58,226 nt of DNA, taken from IMG/VR virus record IMGVR_UViG_3300020044_007646, positions 1 to 58,226 of that record; one strand, 5' to 3'. The notes below the pieces were generated by a model, which did not search any database, was not told the origin of the DNA, and saw only the letters and a program-made list of their open reading frames with translations. The position numbers and the translations under genes are program-made. The stretch's first letter is position 1. Each line of letters starts with the position of its first letter. Origin of the DNA: a virus (Duplodnaviria; Caudoviricetes). Shown here one piece after another: positions 47,233-56,023 of this stretch.

Positions 47233-47995
47233 TTTATTTATTGAGATAGCTAGTAAGTACATTGGGGTCACTGAACAACCAGTTGGCAGTAACCGTGGCC
47301 CATTGATTGACCGCTGGAACACAAACGCTCATGCGCCATTAGGCAGCTTTTGGTGTGCGTCGTTTGTAAGTGCAGTTGCAATGGAATGGGAGGCTCAAAG
47401 TGGAAAAGATTGGCCTTTATGTATTAGCGCTGACTGTGATGTTTGGCTCGCTAATGCACGGAAGAATAAATGTATTTCGGCAAAAGGTAGGCCGGGTGAC
47501 ATTGTTCTTTTGGTATCTGGTAATGATGCTTATCATATCGGTGTTGTCACAGGTTACTCTGAAGCCGGAACATTAATGTCCGTAGAGGGCAACAGCAATA
47601 ACGACGGCAGCCGAAATGGATATATGGTTGCTAAGCGAAACAACCTTTACTCTGGACGTAATAAAGACAACGTTGTTTTTATTCATCCATGGGGATTAAT
47701 ACAAGAAGGAGATGATTGGAAAATCGTTTATGGAGACAACCACATTGTTGCCTTGTTGCATAACAGTAAAACCTACGCGCCTGTGCGTGATTTTGTTAGG
47801 CTTGTTGTTGGGAATGACGCTTTACTCGGTTGGGAAGATGGGCCAGTGTATGATGGGAAACCACTGGCCGTTCAATGTATTGTGCGCGATGGTAAATCGT
47901 ATGCATCAATTAGAGATCTTGCTAACAATTTTAATTTTGATTGCATTGTCAGCAGTGATCAAAAGAAAGTCTACCTAAAGGTCAAAAGCACCTAA
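47216..47995 (+). CDS. Endolysin: CHAP domain plus copper-amine-oxidase-N (stalk)-like C-terminal domain
   Basis: WCASFVS (Cys), PGDIV, HIGVV (His), VEGNS; C-terminal TYAPVRDF and SYASIRDL; start 47216 by GAGGT spacing (47210 possible). Confidence 0.85.
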   Translation: MSQLNNLFIEIASKYIGVTEQPVGSNRGPLIDRWNTNAHAPLGSFWCASFVSAVAMEWEAQSGKDWPLCISADCDVWLANARKNKCISAKGRPGDIVLLVSGNDAYHIGVVTGYSEAGTLMSVEGNSNNDGSRNGYMVAKRNNLYSGRNKDNVVFIHPWGLIQEGDDWKIVYGDNHIVALLHNSKTYAPVRDFVRLVVGNDALLGWEDGPVYDGKPLAVQCIVRDGKSYASIRDLANNFNFDCIVSSDQKKVYLKVKST

Positions 47996-49357
47996 GCTAA
48001 ACTCATTAAATCTGGCGTACCGGGATTCAAACTCTAATAGTGAAACCCCGGTACGTCCATTTCTATTTTTAGCAGTAATGATTTCAGCCTTATCAGTCTC
48101 ATCTGTGTCATCACCTGTGTCTTTGCGCTCATAATATCCAGCTCTGTAAATAAACTGAATAACATCTGCATCAGACTCAATATCACCAGATTCCCTTAAG
48201 TCAGACATCATTGGGCGCTTATCCTGTCGTTGCTCAACAGCACGTGACAAAGACGATAATGCAATTAATGGGCAGCCAAACTCACGAGTTATGTCTTTCA
48301 ACCCACGGCTAATCACGCCGATGTCACGCGTCCTGTTCTCAGACTTTACAGTTGATGGCATTGCAATCATCTGCAGGTAATCAACAACAATCAATCCAAC
48401 TTTGCATGTCTTTTGCATGTTCTTAATCGCATCACGTATAGATTGCAGAGTAACAGATTGGTCTGCCATGACCCGTATGTTTAATGTCTTTGACGTGCGT
48501 GTCGCTTCAGACAACATGTCTTTTTCATAAGATGAGAGCTTTCTATTCTGTATCTTCTGGCTATCTACCTTACTGTAAATACTCAACATCCTAGCGGTCA
48601 CCATTGCTTTGGACATTTCCGCACTCACAATCAACACTCCAGTCTTTTCCTGTAGAGTGCGCATGTGTAACGCCGCATTCCACGCATACTGTAAACCAAG
48701 ACTTGACTTACCCATCGATGGTCGCCCACCAACAATGATTAGCTCTCCGTCTCTCCACCCGCCAGTCATCTGATCGATGTCAGTAAAACCGCTAGACACG
48801 CTAAAGTCAATTTCATCTTCCGTGCGATTGATTGCAGCAATAGATGCAGCTGAAATCAATTCAGATAAATCATCAGTTGTGTTTCCGGTACTGGTGAATG
48901 AAACAGAGTTATTTAAATCACTTATGATCTTGTCGATGTCTGTGTCGCAATCAGATGCCTTCTTGCTTGCTAACTCAGACGAGAAAATTATCTCCCGTCG
49001 TCTGTGGTAATCAATGACCAGTTTTGCATAGCTCTCGTAATTAGATGTAGTAGGCAACAAGTCAGCACATTGCATGATGTATGCAAGCCCACCGCATGCT
49101 TCTAGCGCATTGCGTTTTGTCAACTCCTCATTCACAGTCACGATATCGATGTCTTGGCTAGATGCATCAATGGCGGTGTAAGCCTCCCATATGAGACTGT
49201 GTGAGACCCTATAGAACATCCCTTTGTTGATATGTGCTAGATTCCTAAATAATCTGCGACCACCAAGAAGAACAGATGCTATGAGCGATTGCTCACTCAT
49301 AACATCCGATGGGATCTCAATATTAAAGCCAAGGCTTCTACTTGTTTCGTTGTTCAT
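47975..49357 (-). CDS. dnaB: Replicative DNA helicase
   Basis: GGRPSMGKS, SAEMS, VVDYLQ, ISRGLK, SDLRESGDIESDAD, KNRNG. Confidence 0.96.
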   Translation of the reverse strand: MNNETSRSLGFNIEIPSDVMSEQSLIASVLLGGRRLFRNLAHINKGMFYRVSHSLIWEAYTAIDASSQDIDIVTVNEELTKRNALEACGGLAYIMQCADLLPTTSNYESYAKLVIDYHRRREIIFSSELASKKASDCDTDIDKIISDLNNSVSFTSTGNTTDDLSELISAASIAAINRTEDEIDFSVSSGFTDIDQMTGGWRDGELIIVGGRPSMGKSSLGLQYAWNAALHMRTLQEKTGVLIVSAEMSKAMVTARMLSIYSKVDSQKIQNRKLSSYEKDMLSEATRTSKTLNIRVMADQSVTLQSIRDAIKNMQKTCKVGLIVVDYLQMIAMPSTVKSENRTRDIGVISRGLKDITREFGCPLIALSSLSRAVEQRQDKRPMMSDLRESGDIESDADVIQFIYRAGYYERKDTGDDTDETDKAEIITAKNRNGRTGVSLLEFESRYARFNEFSLGAFDL

Positions 49358-49772
49358 TGATATATTCCGTTAGCCGAACAATGTGTACTTCATTGATTAC
49401 GTCTTGTAATTGTTGACCTTTGAGTGGTGGCTCTACTCTCCATGCCTTGTAACCACCAGTCTTCTTCAGGACTAATACGACTGTAGGGTGAAGCTTATTA
49501 GGGTCAGAGCCTATCCTTATACCCTCACTAATATCGTGTGTGACCATGTGTGGTTGAGCATCGCCATACTTCTCTATAGCAACGTAATTCAAAACCTCAG
49601 AAGGTGTTGGCCTAAACTTGCATCGAGTAAGAATACGCTGTGCTCCAGCAAGTATGTCTTCATCAGTCAGTCCGTTAATTGCCACTCGGTACACGGTCTC
49701 GCTTGTGCTATTCCAAGATATAGAACTAGGGAGCTGAGAAAGAATCGCTAGTAATTTATCCGTTGTTGTCAT
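49338..49772 (-). CDS. Putative helicase loader (lambda P / G39P-like position)
   Basis: Between initiator and dnaB; KFRPTPSE motif. Confidence 0.55.
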   Translation of the reverse strand: MTTTDKLLAILSQLPSSISWNSTSETVYRVAINGLTDEDILAGAQRILTRCKFRPTPSEVLNYVAIEKYGDAQPHMVTHDISEGIRIGSDPNKLHPTVVLVLKKTGGYKAWRVEPPLKGQQLQDVINEVHIVRLTEYINEQRNK

Positions 49773-50472
49773 TGAACCAATCCTCCACGTTTACTGATGT
49801 TGTTGTATTTGCATACGATGGTGACGCGTATGTGTCCCAATGTTTCCACAGAGAGCGCACTGTTACCATTTCTGGCTTCCACTTACCTAGTAACTCTTTC
49901 GTGCGAATATATACATCGTCACTAGTAACTCCTGCCTTATGCATTTGCCAAATGGTGAGTCGAACATCCTTCCATTCTTTATCAGTAATATTTAACAACT
50001 CAAGTGTTGGAAATTTGTATCTAGCCACCTTAAATTGCTTGTACAAGATGAACGCAGGATCATCTTCTTTTGCAATGTCTTTTCTCTCTTGCTTTACTGA
50101 CGTGACCTTCACATTAGGGTCATGCTCAACGGAATCAGGAAACAACTTATAGCCATTACTTGTTGTTCTCCCGTTAGGAGAAGTTCGACCGTTAATTTCA
50201 AGCAAACGTTTTCCGTTTATCTTCATGCCAACAAGGTAATGCAACGCAGTTCTGACCGTTGCCTCTGACAATCCAGTGCATTCAGTGAGCCGTTTAATAC
50301 TGGGCCAGCAGTATCCTTCATTGTCAACATGCATAACAATAGCCATAAAGACAACGAATCCTGATGGTGTAAATTCTGTTATATGGTCAACCAATAATCT
50401 GTCTATCTGTACAAATCCAGATGACTTATCGCCAGACAAGCCAAAAGACTTGCCGTTAAACACCGTTATCAT
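49756..50472 (-). CDS. Replication initiator with N-terminal HTH
   Basis: GYCWPSIKRLTECTGLSEATVRTAL, R...GRTTSN.Y; GGAGG SD. Confidence 0.85.
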   Translation of the reverse strand: MITVFNGKSFGLSGDKSSGFVQIDRLLVDHITEFTPSGFVVFMAIVMHVDNEGYCWPSIKRLTECTGLSEATVRTALHYLVGMKINGKRLLEINGRTSPNGRTTSNGYKLFPDSVEHDPNVKVTSVKQERKDIAKEDDPAFILYKQFKVARYKFPTLELLNITDKEWKDVRLTIWQMHKAGVTSDDVYIRTKELLGKWKPEMVTVRSLWKHWDTYASPSYANTTTSVNVEDWFNDNNG

Positions 50473-50487
50473 TTTGTCCTCCTCAAC

Positions 50488-50513
50488 AAAAAAGGTCCCG
50501 TTTTCACGGGACC
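50488..50513 (-). terminator. Intrinsic terminator upstream of the initiator gene
   Basis: Minus strand GGTCCCG-TGAAAA-CGGGACC-TTTTTT. Confidence 0.75.
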
Positions 50514-50519
50514 CTATTA

Positions 50520-51083
50520 TTACTCAAAACTGTGTCTACATTCAGGGCATCTCTGAAAAATTACAGTAGGATTTTCAACAGGGCATTGCAATCGTTCGAT
50601 TGCTTCCTCCACTGTCATGCCTGATGGCACTGTTACCATTGGTAATTTCTCTGGGACTGTATCTGGCTCGCCTTTGATTAACCTAGTCAAGTCAGCTACT
50701 GTCATCTGTTTAGCTAATGCTTCATTCAACACACGACGTTGTTGATCGACAGGTAATGAGGCAGCTACCCTGTGGTGCGTCCATGACAGTCCCTCAACTC
50801 TGTTTTCGATAGGAACAGCGTTTGCGACCCAAGAATAGTTAGCTAGGCTTTGGTACGCAGAATTTGTAGAGTCTAATGCCTGAGCATATTTCTCTCCGTG
50901 TTTTATTTCTCCGTAATTGAGCACGTCACCAAGTCCAAATTGGAATGATGTATATAGGCGCTGCATGGTAACCATCAACCTTGACCACTCATCGTAGTCA
51001 AGGTCTCCAGTAAATGTAATTCCTGTTGTGCTAACAACAATGCTGTCAGGCAAGCTGCTAAAACGTACTAGTTCATCACTCAT
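50520..51083 (-). CDS. LmbU-family-like DNA-binding protein
   Basis: YDEW...FGLGDVLNYGE..HGEKY.QA...YQSLANYSWVA...LSWTHH..A pattern; C-terminal CPEC; start taken at ATG 51083. Confidence 0.65.
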   Translation of the reverse strand: MSDELVRFSSLPDSIVVSTTGITFTGDLDYDEWSRLMVTMQRLYTSFQFGLGDVLNYGEIKHGEKYAQALDSTNSAYQSLANYSWVANAVPIENRVEGLSWTHHRVAASLPVDQQRRVLNEALAKQMTVADLTRLIKGEPDTVPEKLPMVTVPSGMTVEEAIERLQCPVENPTVIFQRCPECRHSFE

Positions 51084-51636
51084 CGGTTGCCTCATTTGCT
51101 ACTAATGATTTGATTGTTACGTTTTCTGTAGATCCAGAAATACAGAATAAGTCAGGATACTGATCAACAAGTGTGAGCTGAATCTCTTTAGTTATTTTAC
51201 TTTTAAGTATTCGATGCTCAGTTTTTACTGCATCGAGTGGAACAACCATAACTGCCTGTTCTTCATTTAAAATCGTGAAAGATGGTGCAACCGTGCGGAA
51301 AGAAACTTGACCCCATGGACACTTCCACGTCTTGGCTTTACCAACCAGTTGCTTTTCTGCAAAGTCTGCTATTTGATCGCCATATCGACTTTTAAGCCAT
51401 TGCACTTTTCGTTCTTTATCCTTGACCATTGACTTATATCTATCTACAACAGATTGCATGGCAAGTTGCTCTGCTTTAAGTTCGGTCTCGTATTTTAGTA
51501 AACGCTGTAAAGCTAAAAGAACGTCATCCTCTGTTTTAAGTTCATCGCCTAACCAACCATCAACTGGACCGGCATATTCGCCGGTCTCAATCTCGTAATA
51601 ACTATCGCCAATAATGTCAAACTTGCTTGTGTCCAA
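51076..51636 (-). CDS. Mu Gam-like / Gp157-like host-nuclease inhibitor
   Basis: Long coiled coil followed by KTWKCPWGQVSFR. Confidence 0.6.
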   Translation of the reverse strand: MDTSKFDIIGDSYYEIETGEYAGPVDGWLGDELKTEDDVLLALQRLLKYETELKAEQLAMQSVVDRYKSMVKDKERKVQWLKSRYGDQIADFAEKQLVGKAKTWKCPWGQVSFRTVAPSFTILNEEQAVMVVPLDAVKTEHRILKSKITKEIQLTLVDQYPDLFCISGSTENVTIKSLVANEATDE

Positions 51637-51637
51637 T

Positions 51638-52225
51638 TTATTCCTCCTCTGCCAAGAACACCGACTCTGCTTCTTCCGGTGTATTGAATCCCATCAGTAC
51701 TTCTATAACTAACCGTAGGTTTTGATCTGTAGTATCTGTATGTCCAGCAAGACGTGTGAAAACGCGTTTCATATCTTGTGGAGTAATGTCTGCACCCCAT
51801 ATGCGTTTGCATTCTAAGGCAAACTGTTTACCCGCTGTTAGCGTAGATGCCTTAGCTTGCTGTGGTGCATCAACAATTCGTATGTCACCAGCTGGTGTAA
51901 CAGGTTCTTCTAGTTCTTGAGCAAACAATGTCCCGTAGCCACACAGTGCAAGCGCACGACCAATTGCACCAGTCTCTGCTTTTTCACGGAAATCAGGAAA
52001 ATGTTTCTCGTGTTCTGTTTTGTGTGCCTTGGCAATCATTCTTCCTTCATCATCAAGTATCTCTGCTGCAAAAGTAACACAATCAGGCCCTGAAAGTTCT
52101 GTCACTGGATATGTATTGATTGTCCAGTCTGCATGGTCCTCTCGGAACCATGCAATACGTGGAGCTACTGGCAAGTATTGCTTGCCTTTTAAGTTAAGGA
52201 AATGATCTTTAGGATTGAATGACAT
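51638..52225 (-). CDS. Putative single-strand annealing protein (Rad52-like)
   Basis: KGKQYLPVAPRI.WFR..H, EKAETGAIGRALA..GYG; adjacent to Gam-like gene. Confidence 0.55.
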   Translation of the reverse strand: MSFNPKDHFLNLKGKQYLPVAPRIAWFREDHADWTINTYPVTELSGPDCVTFAAEILDDEGRMIAKAHKTEHEKHFPDFREKAETGAIGRALALCGYGTLFAQELEEPVTPAGDIRIVDAPQQAKASTLTAGKQFALECKRIWGADITPQDMKRVFTRLAGHTDTTDQNLRLVIEVLMGFNTPEEAESVFLAEEE

Positions 52226-52931
52226 CTAATTCTCCGTTATTAATTTTTTCTTTTGTTTCGTCGCTAATAACTGTAAGTGCTCGTTTGCTTAATGCATACG
52301 GGACTCTTAGGTCGTAAACGATATTGTTTGACACTGCATAATCATACGTTTTTAGCATGAACGATAATGGTAACCACGCCCATACATACTTCCAAGGGTT
52401 ATTTACATACTCTTCAATTTTTGACAACTGGCCAATTAATTCTAGGCAGTTATCGGAAATAACAACACAATCAACATTTTCAATATTGCTTACTACACAC
52501 ACCAAATTATTGTTTGCAAAGTCAGGGATACTTAACGCGCACAATAATAGTTGTTCACCATATGGATAAAGAGCATCTGGCCTATCTGCATACATCTCCG
52601 TGCACAAGTAATCTGACGATGCTGCTATAAATTTATAAACGCCGTCTATTTTCCATGCCCTAAAGTGATGCAATAACTCTCGGACTGATACCTCTTCCGG
52701 TGACATGTGCTCTGGTATGTTTGAACCTACGTGTTGAAGAAGGAGTTCTTTAGATGTAGCGATGATTGCAAATTTCCATATGCCTATATTGTTAGTTAAA
52801 TACGTATACGAATCGCTTGTGGTGGATCGTATTGCCCACAATTTATGAGTACTTGGGTAATCTAATTGCACGTCAAAATTCTCTGGCTCTACAGGGAAAA
52901 GCGCATTAAATTTATCTACTGTAATATCCAT
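52209..52931 (-). CDS. Hypothetical protein
   Basis: 240-aa ORF overlapping both neighbours. Confidence 0.7.
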   Translation of the reverse strand: MDITVDKFNALFPVEPENFDVQLDYPSTHKLWAIRSTTSDSYTYLTNNIGIWKFAIIATSKELLLQHVGSNIPEHMSPEEVSVRELLHHFRAWKIDGVYKFIAASSDYLCTEMYADRPDALYPYGEQLLLCALSIPDFANNNLVCVVSNIENVDCVVISDNCLELIGQLSKIEEYVNNPWKYVWAWLPLSFMLKTYDYAVSNNIVYDLRVPYALSKRALTVISDETKEKINNGELDVIQS

Positions 52932-53377
52932 TCATTTTCCTTAAATCTTTTAATTCTGTTTCTTGTTATGTCATTTCCAATTACTGACTCAATGTCATCA
53001 ATTGCATTTATGACTTCAATCAATGTCCTACATATAACTGTCACATTTAAATTTGCGTAATGAGCTTGCTCCTTTCTTACTGCTCCAGTTTTTGTTTTTA
53101 ATTCAATGCCTATACCTATTGGTGTTTTCCATTGTGAATTATGTACATACAAATCTGGGACTCCTAATGTATTTCCTTGCCAACCTGTGGCGTATGAGTA
53201 TGCACCACAGGTTGAACATTTTGTTTTGCCTCGCGCTTTACCTGTTTCAAATACTGTGTATCCTAATACAGTCAGACACGAAACTACTTGTGACTGTAAT
53301 GCTTTCTCGCTTACAGTCGTGTTCTTATTAGTATGATTACTAACAGTAACACTATTGTTGCGATAAGTTTTACGCAA
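52916..53377 (-). CDS. VRR-NUC / PD-(D/E)XK nuclease (putative resolvase)
   Basis: SEKALQ, GVPDL, IELKT..G.VRKEQ; inserted CSTC. Confidence 0.8.
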   Translation of the reverse strand: MRKTYRNNSVTVSNHTNKNTTVSEKALQSQVVSCLTVLGYTVFETGKARGKTKCSTCGAYSYATGWQGNTLGVPDLYVHNSQWKTPIGIGIELKTKTGAVRKEQAHYANLNVTVICRTLIEVINAIDDIESVIGNDITRNRIKRFKENEWILQ

Positions 53378-53380
53378 CCA

Positions 53381-53947
53381 CTAGCTCCATTTTTTTCCAT
53401 ATCTAGCCTTTAAGAAATTCCAAACAGGCTTGATATATCTTGTTGCTGATGTTCCATCAGGGAATGTTGCCATACGCTCAATTTCTAACGCCACTTTAGC
53501 TGCCAGTGGTGAGGGAGATCGCAGAATATGATTTAAAACCTGTGGGTACATCATTGTGTTATTTAGAGCTATTAATTCTTGCTCAGTTAATTTTGTATGT
53601 GCAGTAATTACCAACCTTTCGTAATTGTCTGGCTTGTAATTGTTCTTTCGGTAATCTGTTGCTTTGACAACATCTCCATTTGAAATCACATGTTTTGCTA
53701 TAACTCTTTTATGCCAGCATCCATTTAGTAGTGCAATGATGTGCTGTCTACTCCATGTTGGCCATGCTGTCGGAGGAAGTATAGAAAACAAAGTCAATGA
53801 ATCTGTTTTTTTCTGGTCAATTGCTTCATTTAACCAAAGATCGTAAATGAGTAAAGCAGTGTATTTGTTACTAACATAGACACTAGATGTACTAGTGCCT
53901 ATGTGATATGCAACAGGACAATCGTACCTTTTGCGAGACGATGCCAT
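53381..53947 (-). CDS. Hypothetical protein
   Basis: 188-aa ORF, TGATG coupling. Confidence 0.7.
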   Translation of the reverse strand: MASSRKRYDCPVAYHIGTSTSSVYVSNKYTALLIYDLWLNEAIDQKKTDSLTLFSILPPTAWPTWSRQHIIALLNGCWHKRVIAKHVISNGDVVKATDYRKNNYKPDNYERLVITAHTKLTEQELIALNNTMMYPQVLNHILRSPSPLAAKVALEIERMATFPDGTSATRYIKPVWNFLKARYGKKWS

Positions 53948-54357
53948 CAGAATTTAGGTACGTATTTACCAGCTGCGCGAGCTACGCAATGACCACATTT
54001 CCAAGGAGGAGTCCACACTCCTTCTAAAAATGCATCAACTACATCTACAACTTTTGCTTTACGTTCTTGGTCCCAGTTTTGATCATCCCAATTTTTTCCT
54101 GTCTTCCACACAAACGAATCACCTTTTTCATATAACGTATCTAATGTTTCTATATTTAATACTGATGAACTAATATTTGATTTATTTGATAACACACTTG
54201 AAGGCACTCTAAAAGAACATATTTTTAATTTCCATGCTGGCCACGTTAATGTCACTATTTGTGTTGGGCCAATTGTAATTTCCAACTTATCCCAACCTGA
54301 TTTAAATTCACTTGTTAACGCCATTTCAGTAATGACCGTATTTATATCGCCTAACAT
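53947..54357 (-). CDS. Hypothetical protein
   Basis: Start moved to ATG 54357 behind AAGGAG; C-terminal CGHC. Confidence 0.7.
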   Translation of the reverse strand: MLGDINTVITEMALTSEFKSGWDKLEITIGPTQIVTLTWPAWKLKICSFRVPSSVLSNKSNISSSVLNIETLDTLYEKGDSFVWKTGKNWDDQNWDQERKAKVVDVVDAFLEGVWTPPWKCGHCVARAAGKYVPKF

Positions 54358-54370
54358 ATTTCTCCTTTGT

Positions 54371-54412
54371 AAAAAACTTGTGGAGCCTAAAATGCAGTTC
54401 AGACTCCACAAG
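54371..54412 (-). terminator. Intrinsic terminator-like hairpin
   Basis: Minus strand CTTGTGGAGTCT-N12-AGGCTCCACAAG-TTTTTT. Confidence 0.75.
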
Positions 54413-54432
54413 GTGTGGTAGATTCCCCGTCA

Positions 54433-54448
54433 ATTATACCGTAAGTAA
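54433..54448 (-). promoter_or_regulatory. Phage promoter motif, copy 5 (recombination/replication block)
   Basis: Reverse complement reads TTACTTACGGTATAAT, identical to the ssb copy; intergenic. Confidence 0.8.
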
Positions 54449-54449
54449 T

Positions 54450-54947
54450 CTAGTCACAAGTGCAGTTCGGCTCCCAGTTTTTGCACTCTTCACACGTATC
54501 AGTGCCCATTAGGTGATAGTCATCGTCTTCTAGTTCATCACCACTGCGCTGTACATGTTCCCAACCTTTGGGTCCAGCGTATATATTGCCAGCAAAACAC
54601 ATACCCGGTTCAGCATAGCGGCATGTGAACTCAAGATCGGGAAACATATCAGACATAGTGTGTATCCATGTGTCTGCTGGACCCCACGCTGTATCGAAAG
54701 CAATGACAACATGACCCTCTTTGAAGTCAAGGTAGCATGTGTCACATGCTCCCCATTTCGTACCCCAGTTGTCGTATTGCCAATTAACATTGCCATTACC
54801 ATGCTCATCTAATGGTTCTGGCACAGATTTGTTGAAGTCTAGTACTGATGTGCTTGTCTCATACTTTGTAGTGTGTAACTCAGCCCAAGCAGACACCTTG
54901 TCTGCTGGGCCAGTGATCGTCAACTCATTCATACACCAATTAGGCAT
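54450..54947 (-). CDS. DUF1281/YubB ferredoxin-like family protein
   Basis: MPNWCMNELTITG, LDFNK.VPEP, W..DNWGTKW, FDTAW.P, YAEPGM.FAG. Confidence 0.85.
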   Translation of the reverse strand: MPNWCMNELTITGPADKVSAWAELHTTKYETSTSVLDFNKSVPEPLDEHGNGNVNWQYDNWGTKWGACDTCYLDFKEGHVVIAFDTAWGPADTWIHTMSDMFPDLEFTCRYAEPGMCFAGNIYAGPKGWEHVQRSGDELEDDDYHLMGTDTCEECKNWEPNCTCD

Positions 54948-54958
54948 TGTGTTATTCC

Positions 54959-55285
54959 TTATCCGTAAACTAACTCACCAAAAACTATTATTTGTAGCAT
55001 TGTGTCAATGACATCTTGATCGACCTGCTGTTCTTCCTCAAACGATCGGTCTCCTTTTTTCCATGCTTTTCGTAAATATGTCAAGATATCGATAGGCAAT
55101 ACCCAACATAAGAAATCCTCTTCATTATGTATGCCTATGCGCCACTCGGTCGATTCGTCAATCCAACTTGCATCCCATTTAGTTACCCATTCACAGTGGT
55201 GTAACGCTTCTGTTATTTGGTCATACCAAAACTCGTTATCAATGTCACCGGGTATCCACTTGATATGTGTGTCACTTGCTTGCAT
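54959..55285 (-). CDS. Hypothetical early protein
   Basis: Acidic, Trp-rich; C-terminal IDTMLQIIVFGELVYG. Confidence 0.75.
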   Translation of the reverse strand: MQASDTHIKWIPGDIDNEFWYDQITEALHHCEWVTKWDASWIDESTEWRIGIHNEEDFLCWVLPIDILTYLRKAWKKGDRSFEEEQQVDQDVIDTMLQIIVFGELVYG

Positions 55286-55568
55286 TACGTCGTACTTCCT
55301 TCACTGTCATGTCAATCCTGTCCCAGTTTGTGCCGTAGTTGGCATCAAATCCCTCGTGTAGTTCTTCTACTACAGCTGGCCACTCGTCTTCTCGCTCAAT
55401 AATCTCAGCCATGATTAAGTCGTGTGATTGAAACTCTGCTCTGTTGACTCCACAAACAAAGTCATATGGCCCCCACACCTCAACGTAAAACTCCGGGAAT
55501 TCCTCCCGGATCTTACGCAGTGCTTTCTCAAACGCTAAGTCTTTGGTATTCCATTCTTCTTCTGTCAT
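55272..55568 (-). CDS. Hypothetical early protein
   Basis: Acidic; coupled by overlaps. Confidence 0.7.
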   Translation of the reverse strand: MTEEEWNTKDLAFEKALRKIREEFPEFYVEVWGPYDFVCGVNRAEFQSHDLIMAEIIEREDEWPAVVEELHEGFDANYGTNWDRIDMTVKEVRRNASK

Positions 55569-55990
55569 TTATCTTCTCCCCATCCATCTGGTTGTACAAG
55601 TGATGCGTCTGTGTACAGATCTTGACCACTGTAAATATCTGTCCACTCGTTGTATGTGCAGTCATAGATGTACTCAAACATAGCGTCATTGAATTCATCT
55701 ATATTTGACTCGTGATATGTAGATGCAACAAGTGCACAGAATTTCTTGATCTCGTCATCAGTTGGTCTATCAATCTTCATCTTCTTGACAGCCTCATCAA
55801 TGAATTCAATGACACGTCTGTCTTCATAGACAACGCTCACATCTGTGAATATCATCTTGCCTACACGAGACATCAACTCTACACCAATGCACGGGGAGAG
55901 AACTTCCCCGTCTTCTGTGTAATGCTGGTCACGTGCATAATCGTAGTGGTCGGTTGACCATTCTTCTTCTTCGCATACTGAATAAAACAT
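55565..55990 (-). CDS. Hypothetical early protein (very acidic)
   Basis: GAGGT SD; D/E/Y-rich. Confidence 0.7.
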   Translation of the reverse strand: MFYSVCEEEEWSTDHYDYARDQHYTEDGEVLSPCIGVELMSRVGKMIFTDVSVVYEDRRVIEFIDEAVKKMKIDRPTDDEIKKFCALVASTYHESNIDEFNDAMFEYIYDCTYNEWTDIYSGQDLYTDASLVQPDGWGEDK

Positions 55991-56023
55991 ATTGTGTTAC
56001 CTCGTGTTTATTTGTTTGTTTAA

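Noticed and set aside
49756-50472. Replication origin iterons inside the initiator gene
   Set aside because: Only one 10-bp repeat (CTAGTAACTC, twice) seen; not enough for an iteron array.
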